Assembly: GCA_002633005.1 (NCBI GenBank)
Contig: NMRA01000544.1
Location: 168,479 to 232,478, forward strand
Origin: Phoronis australis
Lineage: Eukaryota; Animalia; Phoronida
Reading direction: 5' to 3'
DNA length: 64,000 nt
How positions within the stretch are numbered: position 1 is the stretch's first letter; each line of letters starts with the position of its first letter. The notes beneath the pieces are model-generated. The model ran no database searches. It was not told the DNA's origin and saw only the letters and a list, made by a program, of their open reading frames with translations. The position numbers and the translations under genes are program-made. Below are positions 38,201-50,200 of the stretch, piece after piece.

Positions 38201-41200
38201 GTGTGCAGGGTAGTAAAATTTCTTTTATTACTTATTACTCCCATAGGGAGTGGGCCAATCCTGGAGGTACTGCAATACCAGGTCAACCCGTGGCAAAGGT
38301 GGAGCAAGCCCCTAACACTTCGCCCAGTTCCAAAAATCAGTTTAATATCGAAGTCCCCCAATGGGGGACGTATCAGATATTAAGCTGATAAGAACAGATA
38401 CTACACTTTGATCTTAGCCAAAAGGCCGAGAAGCGATATTGAGTGCAGTTTAACAGCTTCATTATATTTAGAGACTGCATACACTACACTGGTGTAGGTA
38501 AGTGTTTGATGCAACAATTCAGATGCTTAGTCAACAAATATCAAATGAACTATTTACCACCATCACCAGGATACAAGCAGATGAAACTGTAAACTAAAAA
38601 CATTATAAAAATCCCGGGCCATCAAGTCAATCAATTAATTTCCAAAAAATTAAAAAAGGCTTGTAGGTCAAGAAACGATGCAGTGACACCTGTTGGGAAA
38701 ATAGAGCACTGACTTCATCAATTAAAGCAGTGCTGTAGCTGTTAATTGTGGGTTGTTAAGATATGCTTACTCTCAATGCCAATTACCTGCTTCTGCTGTG
38801 ACTTTGTGCATTTAAAAATGAAAACTTTGGCAAAACATGTTAAATTAGAAGACCATAGAAGAGCAAAAGAAGGACTCTGAACAAACCAGAGCCATATCCG
38901 AGAAGCACCAAGATCAAACAGTACATCATAACAGTCCTAGATTAAGGTTGTTATAGATGGTAGAAACTGAATTTCTATCACACTCATACATGATGTACTT
39001 ATTTTTTCTTTGCTTTAATAAAACCATAAATCGACTCTATACTGTCTGAATGGAGCAAGCCCATGAATTTTTGCATGGTTCCAAAATTATTTTATTACCA
39101 AAGACCCTCAATAGCGGGTGCATGAGATGATAAGTTGATAAGAATGTACTTTTTAAGATCAAAGTATGTGTTCTTTGAAAGAAGAAAAATTAGAAACATG
39201 CAAACGGCATATGGAAAGAAGTGAGATTGGTGCATGCCTTTCTCAGTCACTCTCACCATTTGGTCAAGTCATTGCTGTAAAGAGAAGTCTTCCGTTACAG
39301 GAAGCTATTTGTTTGAACAATGGTTTGTTGAGTAATTATAAAACAAGCGAGAGAGGTACTGCATACTTTTTCTATGATTTACAATAAAGAACATAGCTGG
39401 CCGGTCCTGATCACGATGAAAGGGAGGCCCCGCTTTGTCTGAACTGTAAGTAGGTTGGGCACATGAGAAGCAAATGCAAGACACCCCATTGCTGTGACTG
39501 GCATGCATACGGCCGTTTGACTGGTAAATGGGAACCCTGTACACATGCGTCACAGTTCAGTCCCCCTAAGCTTGAGGTGGACAATCTTCCCACTCAGGAC
39601 AACACCTCCGTAAACTATGAGACCACGCTGGATACTGCAGTCGCTGCTTCTACAAAGACCCCAGTGCCTGCGTGTCAGTCTCCTTATTTGGTAAACGGAA
39701 TTTCATTATGGAACACAGCCTCTTAAACGACCAGCAAACATTTCCACATCTTCCCCTGATGACTGACGACTCGTGCGCTTCTTTAATCACCATTGACAGT
39801 CGTCGGCAGAAGTGGAAAGCCAGGGACTCTCTACCTCATTAGCATGGACCATTTCTGCAGAGCTTATCTTTTCACATTTTCATCCTCGGTACCTTTCACC
39901 TCATTCTAGTTTCTTTATTTTTACAATGCATAGTTTAATTAAAATTTGCATACCTCAATGTTAATGGTTGTATGGACCCTACTAAGCGTAATGGTAAATT
40001 TGCCCATGTCAGGTCACACAATGTGGACATAATGTTTTTGCAAGAGCCTAACAAAGGTTTTTTTGCAGTGTGCAGGGTAGTAAGATTTCCTTTATTACTT
40101 ATTACTCCCATAGGGAGTGGGCCAATCCTGGAGGTACTGCAATACCAGGTCAACCCGTGGCAAAGGCGGAGCAAGCCCCTAACACTTCGCCCAGTTCCAA
40201 AAATCAGTTTAATATCGAAGTCCCCCAATGGGGGACATATCAGATATTAAGCTGATAAGAACAGATACTACACTTTGATCTTAGCCAAAAGGCCGAGAAG
40301 CGATATTGAGTGCAGTTTAACAGCTTCATTATATTTAGAGACTGCATACACTACACTGGTGTAGGTAAGTGTTTGATGCAACAATTCAGATGCATAGTCA
40401 ACAAATACCAAATGAAGTATTTACCACCATTGCCAAGATACAAGGGGATCAAACTCTAATCTAAAAATTTTAATATAAAACTCTTGGGCCATCAAGTCAA
40501 TCAATTAACTTTTAATTAATTGCAAAGGGCTTGTTAAATGTAGGTCAAGAAACAACGTCCTGACACCTGTTGGGAAGGCCGAGAACTGATTACATGAGTA
40601 AAGGCAATGCTGTAAAGCATCGATGTAGATAACAGAGAACTCATTGTGAGCTTTTTGTGTTTTGTGTGTGTGTCCTGGTTTCACAGAGAATTGTTTTCAG
40701 AGATTATGGATACCCCCTGTGGTTGCTTTGTCACGCCAAACCTTACAGCCTTATGACAATCATTAAACACTTGAAGGATCAGTTCATTCAATATCGTATC
40801 GCTAGGTATATGGTCTTGTTTTATTTAACTAGCTGCTAAAGACACTGCCCAGAAATGTGTGTCGACCGGTAATCACGTTTTATTCAGTTGGCTGCTAAAG
40901 ACTCTCTAGAAATGTTTGATGAAGGGTGGTTTTAATATTGGACCTCTGAAGAGACCTGCAACTACTAGTTAAGATTTCAATTTCACTTCTGACCACCTAT
41001 GTACCAAGTCAGAGACAAAATACTCGTTGAAGAACACAAAACCCTTGACAACAGCGCCGTTTGTTCGACATGCCTCTACCACCAACACTGAGGAGGTGGT
41101 GTGGCTCAGTGGTTTGTACTCCGGACTCCCATTAAGGAGACCCGGGTTTGAATCCTGGCTTTACTGGCAGACAATCAAGCATTGCACGAACGAGTCTCTT

Positions 41201-44200
41201 ACTCCTCTGAGCTCGGTCTTACTAGAGAATGTACGTAAGGGAATGAATGAGAGCCTGGATATGATGCGAAAGCAAATTCTGAGGCTGTGCGCATATAACC
41301 AACCGTGAAATTGATTTGATAACGCACATATGTTATGTAGCGACAACAGACTCAATGCTCTGCACACTAAAGAAGGCCCATATCCTTCATTCTAAGACCT
41401 TCCTCTCATTGAATTACAAATAGTACTTTAACTAAGTTATAACTTTGGCCCTGACTCCCACCGATTTTGTGTTTCCTGTCCAATTTTCATATTGTGACTA
41501 TCAATTCTAGTGTTTGATCTGTCTGCAGTGCGGTGCGATTTTCTCTGATAATGTTTTCGGCAAAGTGACTAAAGAACAGGACTTGTACATAGTATACAGT
41601 AGTAGTGTAAATATTATCATTTGCTTAAGAGCTGGTTTGTTTTATTGACCCAATTGCAAGTAATGGTAATCAGATAATGTTTAAATTTTATATGTTAAAA
41701 ATAGTAAGACATAAATTTGTAGCTTCACGCTTTTACTTTTAAACATTTTTTGACATTCCTTACATTTTCGTGGACTGATGATGGAGCTGTACCTGTGGAT
41801 ATATTGTCTCTCAGTAATCCGTCAATGAATGATGAATGGAAATACCAGCATTTTTCTCCTGCCAACAGCAGTGTAACTGTCACCAAATAGTTTTCAAATT
41901 AACCATAAATGTACGACAGTGATAAGACTAGTGTAAGACGATGAAACAACTACTGACTGCTGAAGGCCTAAACGCAAGTTGATTAAAAGATTCATGACAA
42001 TAACTCTAGGCTCTCAGATAATCAAAATGGCCAGTGACATTTGTCACAGAAAATATCGCAAGGCAATGCGACATTCTACGACGGCATTCAACGCCTGCCG
42101 TACGATGCCTTTCAACCATCACATCACCTTCCCTTGCTTTCTGTTGTATGCCATATCCGTAGGGGGTCAAATCACAACTCTGTATCTAAATTTATGATCA
42201 ACAACACTGACACGTAATCATAGAATTCATCAGTGGTAATCTCTGCCTACACACTCAAGGTACCAGAGAAATAGGAATACGGCAACTCTGGTTCAACCAT
42301 TCTAAATACAAGTGCTTGGAATTATTGCATTGACAATTGTCAGTATACATGATCAGGGACTCGAACCCTTCACCTTGGAAATTTCTTGCCAAAATGAAGG
42401 TTCATAGGTGTAGCAGTTTCCAAAAGAATATTGGTATTACATCTCCTCAGCGCACCAGATTGCTGCAAGTATCGTAGGCAAAAAGCGTGCGCAAAAGAGT
42501 TGATGAGATTTTGACTGTGACCTGAAAAGACTGCCAAAATAGGAACAAAATGTTTCGAAATTTAATGCAAATATTTTTACTGCAAATGGGACATTGTACA
42601 AAAACCAGATTTTGTTCATATCGACATGCATTAAAAATTAGATGTTGATGGAAATGATAAAATCATAGTAATAATTGTAACAACATGCGTACCACAATGT
42701 AAAACACTCAACATGTTGTTATCTGGGGTGGAGCATATTTTAGTAAAAGTATTCAGTTTAAGAGTATCATTCTGGGTTCATTTCTAACTAATCTTACAAC
42801 TCGGATTCCAACTGTCCAGGAGTGAGCACTGCTTTCGCCACTGCATACCAGACAGTCAGTAATTCTAGAGAATGTTTTCCTGTCGTGGTAGAATGCCACC
42901 TGGTTCTTTGTACACTCCCGTTTGCTGGCAACAAAATCTTAAGCCTACCCGCTGGTTAGTCTGAGACTGTTTTTGTCTCATGATCAACTGCATAATCCCA
43001 GTCTTGATAGCATTCTGGTCATTAGGGATCAGGCCAATAAACGCTCGCTTCTTACGACTGAAGGTCAAGATCATGACGGACACCTCACAGCCGGGGATAG
43101 CCTTCCAGGTGATGTAGCCCACCTGTAGGGAAGATGGAAGGATTCGTGAAATATTGTACCTGAAACACGAGTCATGACCAGACCAGACAGGTTACACAAG
43201 GTTGTTCTAAAATGATGCGCTTCAGGCCATGTTAATCACATTGGTTGTGGTTTCACATATTGTTTCTTACCCATGTCACTTTCGAGAATAGACAAGAGGA
43301 CCATTACACCCACTAGCAGCCCTATCAGTTTATTAAATACATAAAATAAAAACATACAGTAATGTAACTTTTGCAAGACAGATTCTGCAGGTGTATTTCA
43401 TCTGTTCACCGCTCAAACCTTAAATTACAAATCAGGTTTCACGTCCCAAGATATGTGTTATCAGACCGGATGTTTACGAGCCGACAACAGTGTTCCTCAG
43501 TGCATTTGAAAAATGACAACGGCAGTACAGATGGAATCCCCTCATTTTACAGCAGTTCAAAAGATGACGTTTTTTTAACCCTGAACACTGCCAAAGGTGG
43601 GTGCACCGAAACACCAACACTCTAGCTGTGCTCACCATCTTTGTCTGGAGTACCAGCCTAAACAGACTTTTGAATGCATCCTGGTCACTATTGTTGAATG
43701 TGAACACGACGGTACGAGCGTCACGAAACTGCTGATGTAGTGGCTGGAGCCAAGCCTGGGGGAGCTGCTGCATGGTTATCTTTTGTGGCCACTTAGACGC
43801 ATTCCTGCGGGGAAAATGGGACAGTAGTTGAAAGGCCTCACTGAGACACTTGATAACATTAAGTACATACCGTGTCCAAATAACAATATTGAATTATGAT
43901 CATTAAAAACAACCATAAAGGGAATTTCCTTTAAACTCACAACCCAAAATCTAAATTACAAACAAGCCTTACTTCAGTCATATTACTCATATCACAATCA
44001 TTTCCATAGAATGATAAAGGAAAAGAATTTAACCCCAGCAAATTCGTGATGCAAGGCAAAAACACTGAAAAATCACCCACCAGACCTTCCAAACTTAGAC
44101 CACGTCATTTGTACATGCACTCTCAGTATCTGGTCATGCTTGAAACCAATTGCTTTCAAAGGTAAGAATGAGTGGCGTCTGATAGTTGATTAGAGAAAAC

Positions 44201-47200
44201 TGTGACAGGTCAACTACACGCACAAGCCAATGCAACACCTTGCACGTCAACACAAAACAGAGAGCAGGTGGTGAAGTTTGGTACAAGAGGACAACAGTGG
44301 TTATTGTTACCCAACATTCACAGTTTGCTGAGAAGTGCGCTGTAGCGCAAAACAAAGTTTAATTTATACAAACGTACACATCCGGATCCCCAATGCCAAC
44401 CATAACACTACAGGGTAGCGATCGAGTAATCTTTGTGCCTGGATCCATGGCTGATGTCTTGGTTTTGTCCTGCCACTCCAAGATGCCTACGACGGGAAAC
44501 AGGTCACAAAGCAGTAAGACAAAACAAAAGTACACACTCGATAACACGTCAAAAAACACGGGTGCAATATGTTTAACAACAGGATCCTGCTTCTTATAAT
44601 ATCTCCTCCCATGGGTTAGGGTCCTGAGTAACAAACTTGTATATAAAGATGGCATTCATAATTATCAGAGCGTAATAGCCTGGTCTTAATGTTCAAGGAT
44701 GTCACTGAGACAATCTCGCTTTGTACCGGCAGTGCTCAAATTCCTTTAGGAACTTCTCAGCTTCTTAGCCGCGCTTACTATTTTTACACAAAAATACCAC
44801 AATTGCCGTTTTTTCAAAATGTTTGCTGTATCAAAATACAAAGCAGGAAATGTACTTTTTCAAGTTGAACGGATATTGATTTAGCGTACGCATGGCTATT
44901 CCCTTTGCTCTGAACTCCAGCCAGCGGCGTGTGAAAAAATAATTGAAGGTGGTCTGGTACACATTGAACCAGATATGCGTAGGCCGCTTAGTCGGGCCCT
45001 TTGCTCTGACTGCTTTATTAATATATAGTTAAAACCCAGCTGAGGAACTAAAAACCTGACTACAGGGTCTAGCAGTGTGCCCCAGTAGGACTCAAATGCA
45101 TGACTACAAGACGAGTAAAGAAACCGGACACTTGTAGCAGAAGGCTACACGGCCTCCTAGAGTGTCATGTAGCACAGCCAGTTTTCTTAAAAGTTATTTT
45201 CTGGGACAATATTTTCGCAAAGTTAATTCAATAGCAGGGCAGGAATGTTCACAGTGCAAATCTGTCTTCCTGGCCAGCGTGACTGGTTTAAATGAATAGC
45301 TGGACTAATTTTCTACCACGTACTTTCAAAGCACCATGCAAAAATTTTGGGATTCAACTTTTTACGCAGAGAACCAAAAAATCTGTACTTAGCACCCGGC
45401 GTATACTGTCCAGACGTTACCATGCACTCTGATGACATCTTTGACAAGGTTCTATAGGATAATTATTTACAATGTTTTTTTTTTCAGTAACTGGATTCAA
45501 CGAATAAGTAAGTTTCCATCAGTGACTAAAAGCTTGCTCTCAGATTCAATGGGGGGATAACTCCGCATGCCTACAGCAGTCACAACAGGGAGTGCCGGCA
45601 CACTTGCACAGACCGTAGGTTGCTTGATAGGGTTAAAGCAATCTTAACCACTTCACCTACCCTTCCAGATCAACTTCTTATCTTGTTGCTGCTGAAGCAG
45701 TGCTTGTTCAAGGAGCTGCCCATGCACCGCCGGGTTGTTGACTACGTCTTCAGCATTGAAGTCTCCACCCATCATAGTGTTCTGTGGCAGTTGCTGCTGG
45801 GATAATTGCTGCTGAGATAATTGCTGCTGCTGTTGCTGAGACAAATGCTGCGACAACTTCTGCTGTTGAGACAACTGTTGCTGTTGCTGAGTTAATTGCT
45901 GTGATAACTGCTGCTGTTGTGATAGCTGCTGCTGCTGCTGCTGCTGCACCAACTGCTGCTGCTGTTGTTGAGACAACTGCTGAGACAGCTGAGAACTGGC
46001 ACTGCTGACTGGTTGAATCGAAGGCTGCGAGGCATTTGCCATCTGGGCAAGCTGCTGCATGTTCATTTGCTGTTGTTGTTGTTGCTGCTGTTGTTGCTGC
46101 TGCTGTGGCTGTGACCTGTTCATCAGATTCTGCTGTTGCTGTAAGGTGGCGCCGAGCAGTGACGGTCGCATCTGAGACTGAACGTTCATCTGCTGAGCAG
46201 CGGCAAGATTCTGAGTCACACCCTGTTGGACCATCTGCTGCTGAGCTTGTGATGTCATGGGTGGTGACATCATCATTCTTTGCGACTGTTGTTGTTGTTG
46301 CTGTTGCTGCTGCGGCGGGATGTTGGGACGGGGAATCTGTTGACGGACCTGTCCTGACTGCGAAGTGACAAGTGTCTGATTGGCCGGAGACAATGCAGAC
46401 ATAGTAGTCAACATGGTTGGCTGGGAGACAGTGGGGTTACGGCTGTTGCGCGCTGCAAGGTCAAAGTAAACACACTATGAAGGGCCAACTCAACTTATCA
46501 TGGTCTATGCCTGACCACACAATACAAATTGGAAGATGTCTTTGATAATTCCGTCATGCTGCACATCAGATTGTATCGTTTTTCAAGAAAACGTGGCAAT
46601 GATCACTTACAGCAGTTACGGATTCAGAGAACCAGTTTTATGTCAGTTATTCAGTGGAGAAAACTGATTTGTCAAAATGGATGACCACTAACAAAAACGA
46701 AGTAAGCAAACTAGAGTTCCACATTCACACATGTTGGCATTTTCAACACAGCATTTCAGACTCATGCTCAACTAATCCTTTTACCAATAAGATTCACAGA
46801 AAAGCCACCTAAGCAGTCCTCAAACTTAAGTCGTTTCTGAAAGCACTGATTAAATGAGTCATTTTGACTTTTGTTTTATGACTAGCTAATTTCTCTATCC
46901 ATAAGACAAGAATTCCTAGATGTATTTCAAATTCTCACTTATTTCCCAATGAACACACACATATATACGAGTGATGCCCATACTCACAATTTCCTGGTGG
47001 AAAGTATGTGAGAAAAACAAAGGCACATTTACTTTCTTTAAGTCCATTTTGTGCATGGATGTCTAATTGTTTTTCTATTTTTACACTCAATGAAAATATG
47101 CCCCACATAGACAGTGGCAGAAGAGATCACTGTCTTAGAGATACCCATTAGTCTCGTTCAGTCATTGTTCAGGCTTTAACTTTCATTGTGTCAATTGAGT

Positions 47201-50200
47201 AATCGGTACATTTTACAGATACATTTAATTTTTTCCTCTTTATAAAATCTTAAGCACTTTCCATCTTCAACTAGAATCTAAACATGACAGACAAAAATAG
47301 ACTAAAATAGTTATTGGGTGCCTCAACAATAATTCAGCACTGCCTCACTCTCACGTTACCCTCACCCGATATATTGGCCTGCTCCAGGACACTGTTAGCT
47401 GCTTCCTGGGCCTTCTGCGGAGCAGCCTGCCTGGGGGGCTGAACATGGGTCATCGCCGGATGTATCTGACCACCCTGGCTTTGCTGATAAACAAAAATAT
47501 TTGACAAGCTACAAATACAACAATTACTCTGGTTTTGAGGCTATTTATGGTGATAGTGTATTAAGCACTATGGTAGAAACAAACTGTCCAATAACAACTC
47601 ACTAATCACAAGGTACAAAAGACAGTACCTATCATATGGCAATAACTCTCTAAATTGGAACAGTTTCTTAAATTAGAGAAAGTGAAATTCAAACAGACAT
47701 TGTATTTTCTTGACTCTTAAGATTTGGACATGGGCGACTAAGACACAGAGTTTTATGTCAACAGTCAGAATAGACTTAGCAGTTCGTATAATTGTCAAAA
47801 ATTTGCGGACGTTAAGATTTCTTGCATCCTCATAGTGTGTAACACACACATGAAGGATTGTTTGTTGTTGATAGCAATACTTGAATTCAGGAAGGGCACT
47901 ATTGCCTACTTCTAAATTTCGGTACAAATTCCTACCCTAAGTAAAATGAAATTTGTCACTGCCTCAAATTGCAGAATTGTTAACAAAGACTGTTTTTTAA
48001 ACCGTCACTATTTGTCAAAGAAATACGTTTTCAGCATCAACAGAACACATTGAAATTTGTATGCAATTTGTTCCGATTTGATGAGGTAATACAAGAAATC
48101 CGAAATCGTCCACAGAATTAAATCGAAGTTTGTCTTTGTGCAGTCTTTAACATGAAGTACCATCACACAGGTCAAATTCTTACATTTTTTTTAATTTCAA
48201 AACATTAACTTTATTGAGCCACGCCAACGAAACAATGTACATTAAGTGTTTCTAACACTAACCTGAGAAACAGCAGTTGGCCTGACACCTTGTGAGTTCT
48301 GTGGGAATGACTGCGTGGCTGGAACATATGTAGATGAAGACCGAGGAAGAGCGGTAGTGTTCGGGTTTGGCATGGTTTGACGAGACTGTTGGGTGTCAGC
48401 TACAAGAATGGTATTGCAAAGCAGTATTCACTTAGCACAAAAATTCCATTGACTGCTTGAAAGTGTCAGAATGTAACTCTACAGTTATATCTAATCCTAG
48501 GAGCAAACTTCACAGTTTTACTTGCCCAGTCCAACCCAACCATCTTCATTGCTGCCTTCCACCTCCCTTTATCTTCCACCCCCCATTTATCTTCCACTGC
48601 CCCTTTCTGCCTCATCCTAAACTTCAGTTCAACCACTGAGTATGTCTTATATAGGACCTTATCGACTAGTCTGTACCATACAGTGAGCCATACGTCAACA
48701 AAACTAAATAACTTAAGGTTATCTGGGACCTTAATAAACGACCTCAACAACAAAGATAAAAAATATGTTTTGTCAACCATTAAAGGCATACATTTCCTGA
48801 AAGGAGAAAGATCGGGGATTCTAAAAATAAGCTTCTTGCTACTATGGCTTTGTTACTGTCACATGACAACAATTCTTAAGTCAAATTTTCATGAGCAAGG
48901 AAGGTATATTCACAGCAAAATAACCCCCCAGCCGATTTTACTAAAACTTTTTTAAATGAAAACTTTGCGTTACAACTCAAAATCTGTTAGGAATTTTTTT
49001 ATTATTCACTTAGTTAGGGTTTAATGCCAAATTAACTCCCAAAACAAAAGGTACGGAAATAAAACAGAAGTCCTATTTGTATATTGCTCAGTACACGAAA
49101 ACTAAACATTTTAAAGCAAATTCCTAACAGTGTTTTTGAGACATAACGTAAAGTTTTCATTTTGAATGTTTTAGCAAAATCAGCTGGGGGGTTATTTTGC
49201 TATGAATAGATACCTTTTTTGCACATGAAATTTTGACTTAAAAAACCTGGTCACTTGACACAAAGACCCAGTAGCAAGAACCATATTTTTAGAATCCCTG
49301 ATCTTTCTCCTTTCAGAAAATATTATGATTTCAAAGGTCGAAAATGCATAGTGTTTTATATTTGACTTAGAGTTGAGGTTGTTTATTAAGGTCCTAGATA
49401 ACCTTAACCATTCAGCCACTTCTGAGATATGATGTTCGAAAGTTGGCTTTTTTCTAGGGTCTTACATAACCTTAGCAATTCCAATTGAACACTGAAATCG
49501 ACGAATTCCAGCAACGAAATTTCAAGAACTGAATCCTGGACTACGTTCCAAAAACACAAAAATCTCCCAAGTAAAGCTGGTGAGTGTGGTCATGTGCTTT
49601 GCTTACAATGAACGGTGATATCACACTAAGCCTTGAGTGATGTTGCCTTTTTGCGAGATTCTCGCTACCCAGTTAGATAGGCTAAGCGGATTTCTTTCCC
49701 GTTCAAACAGCACGCGTACAGGTGCAACTTACCTGTAGACACTACAGAGGGACTCGAGTGCTTGACAACGTTCTGTTTATCATCCTGATCTGGCGCCGGA
49801 CTCGGTGCTCGCTCTATAACGAGAAAAGAATTATTTTAAGACAATGTCACTTAGCCACACAAAAACAACTTGCACGGCAAATTCCGTACCTGTCATGCTA
49901 TATCATTTCTAGTTTGTAAACTCTCAAACCCGACAACCAGTGAGCTCGGTGCATCTGCTAGGCCAAACGGCAAAGACGTTTTCATTGGTGGTTGGCTGCC
50001 AATGAGATTTCACTTGTTTTGGCAACTGATTTGACTCCCAAACCAATCAAATGTGTGTGTGTATTGATGTAGGTAAGGACAAGGAATCAAGAGATAAGTC
50101 AACAGAATATCAACGCTAAGTGTTACGGAATTTCATTCAACCACATGAAGTACTGAAGTGGAAAAATAAAACCTGGCACTTAGCATTATTTGCCAGTGAC

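Larger units (their letters stand above)
36864..40602. repeat. Tandem duplication, two ~1.87-kb units (36864-38725 and 38726-~40602)
   Basis: agcagtgctgtagctgttaattgtggg occurs at 36864 and 38726. The U2 5' ends are 1867 bp apart. The units are near-identical except for the last ~160 bp. Confidence 0.92.

Noticed and set aside
38104-38388. ORFs spanning APE N-terminus into U2 (also 39935-40255)
   Set aside because: Chance read-through from the truncated endonuclease into antisense U2 sequence; not protein genes.
40575-40585. 11-nt match to the U2 5' region (aaggccgagaa)
   Set aside because: Too short, absent from the paralogous position in unit 1, and probably chance.
41091-41170. Functional tRNA-Gly(CCC)
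   Set aside because: The acceptor and anticodon stems do not pair and the B box is mutated (GTTTGA), so it is treated as a SINE head or pseudogene.
45784-46368. Ala/Val-rich plus-strand ORFs (also 30628-30840) and the minus-strand off-frame ORFs 29060-29293, 29065-29262, 33695-33925
   Set aside because: They are antisense or alternative frames of the CAG/CAA poly-Q exons of MED25.
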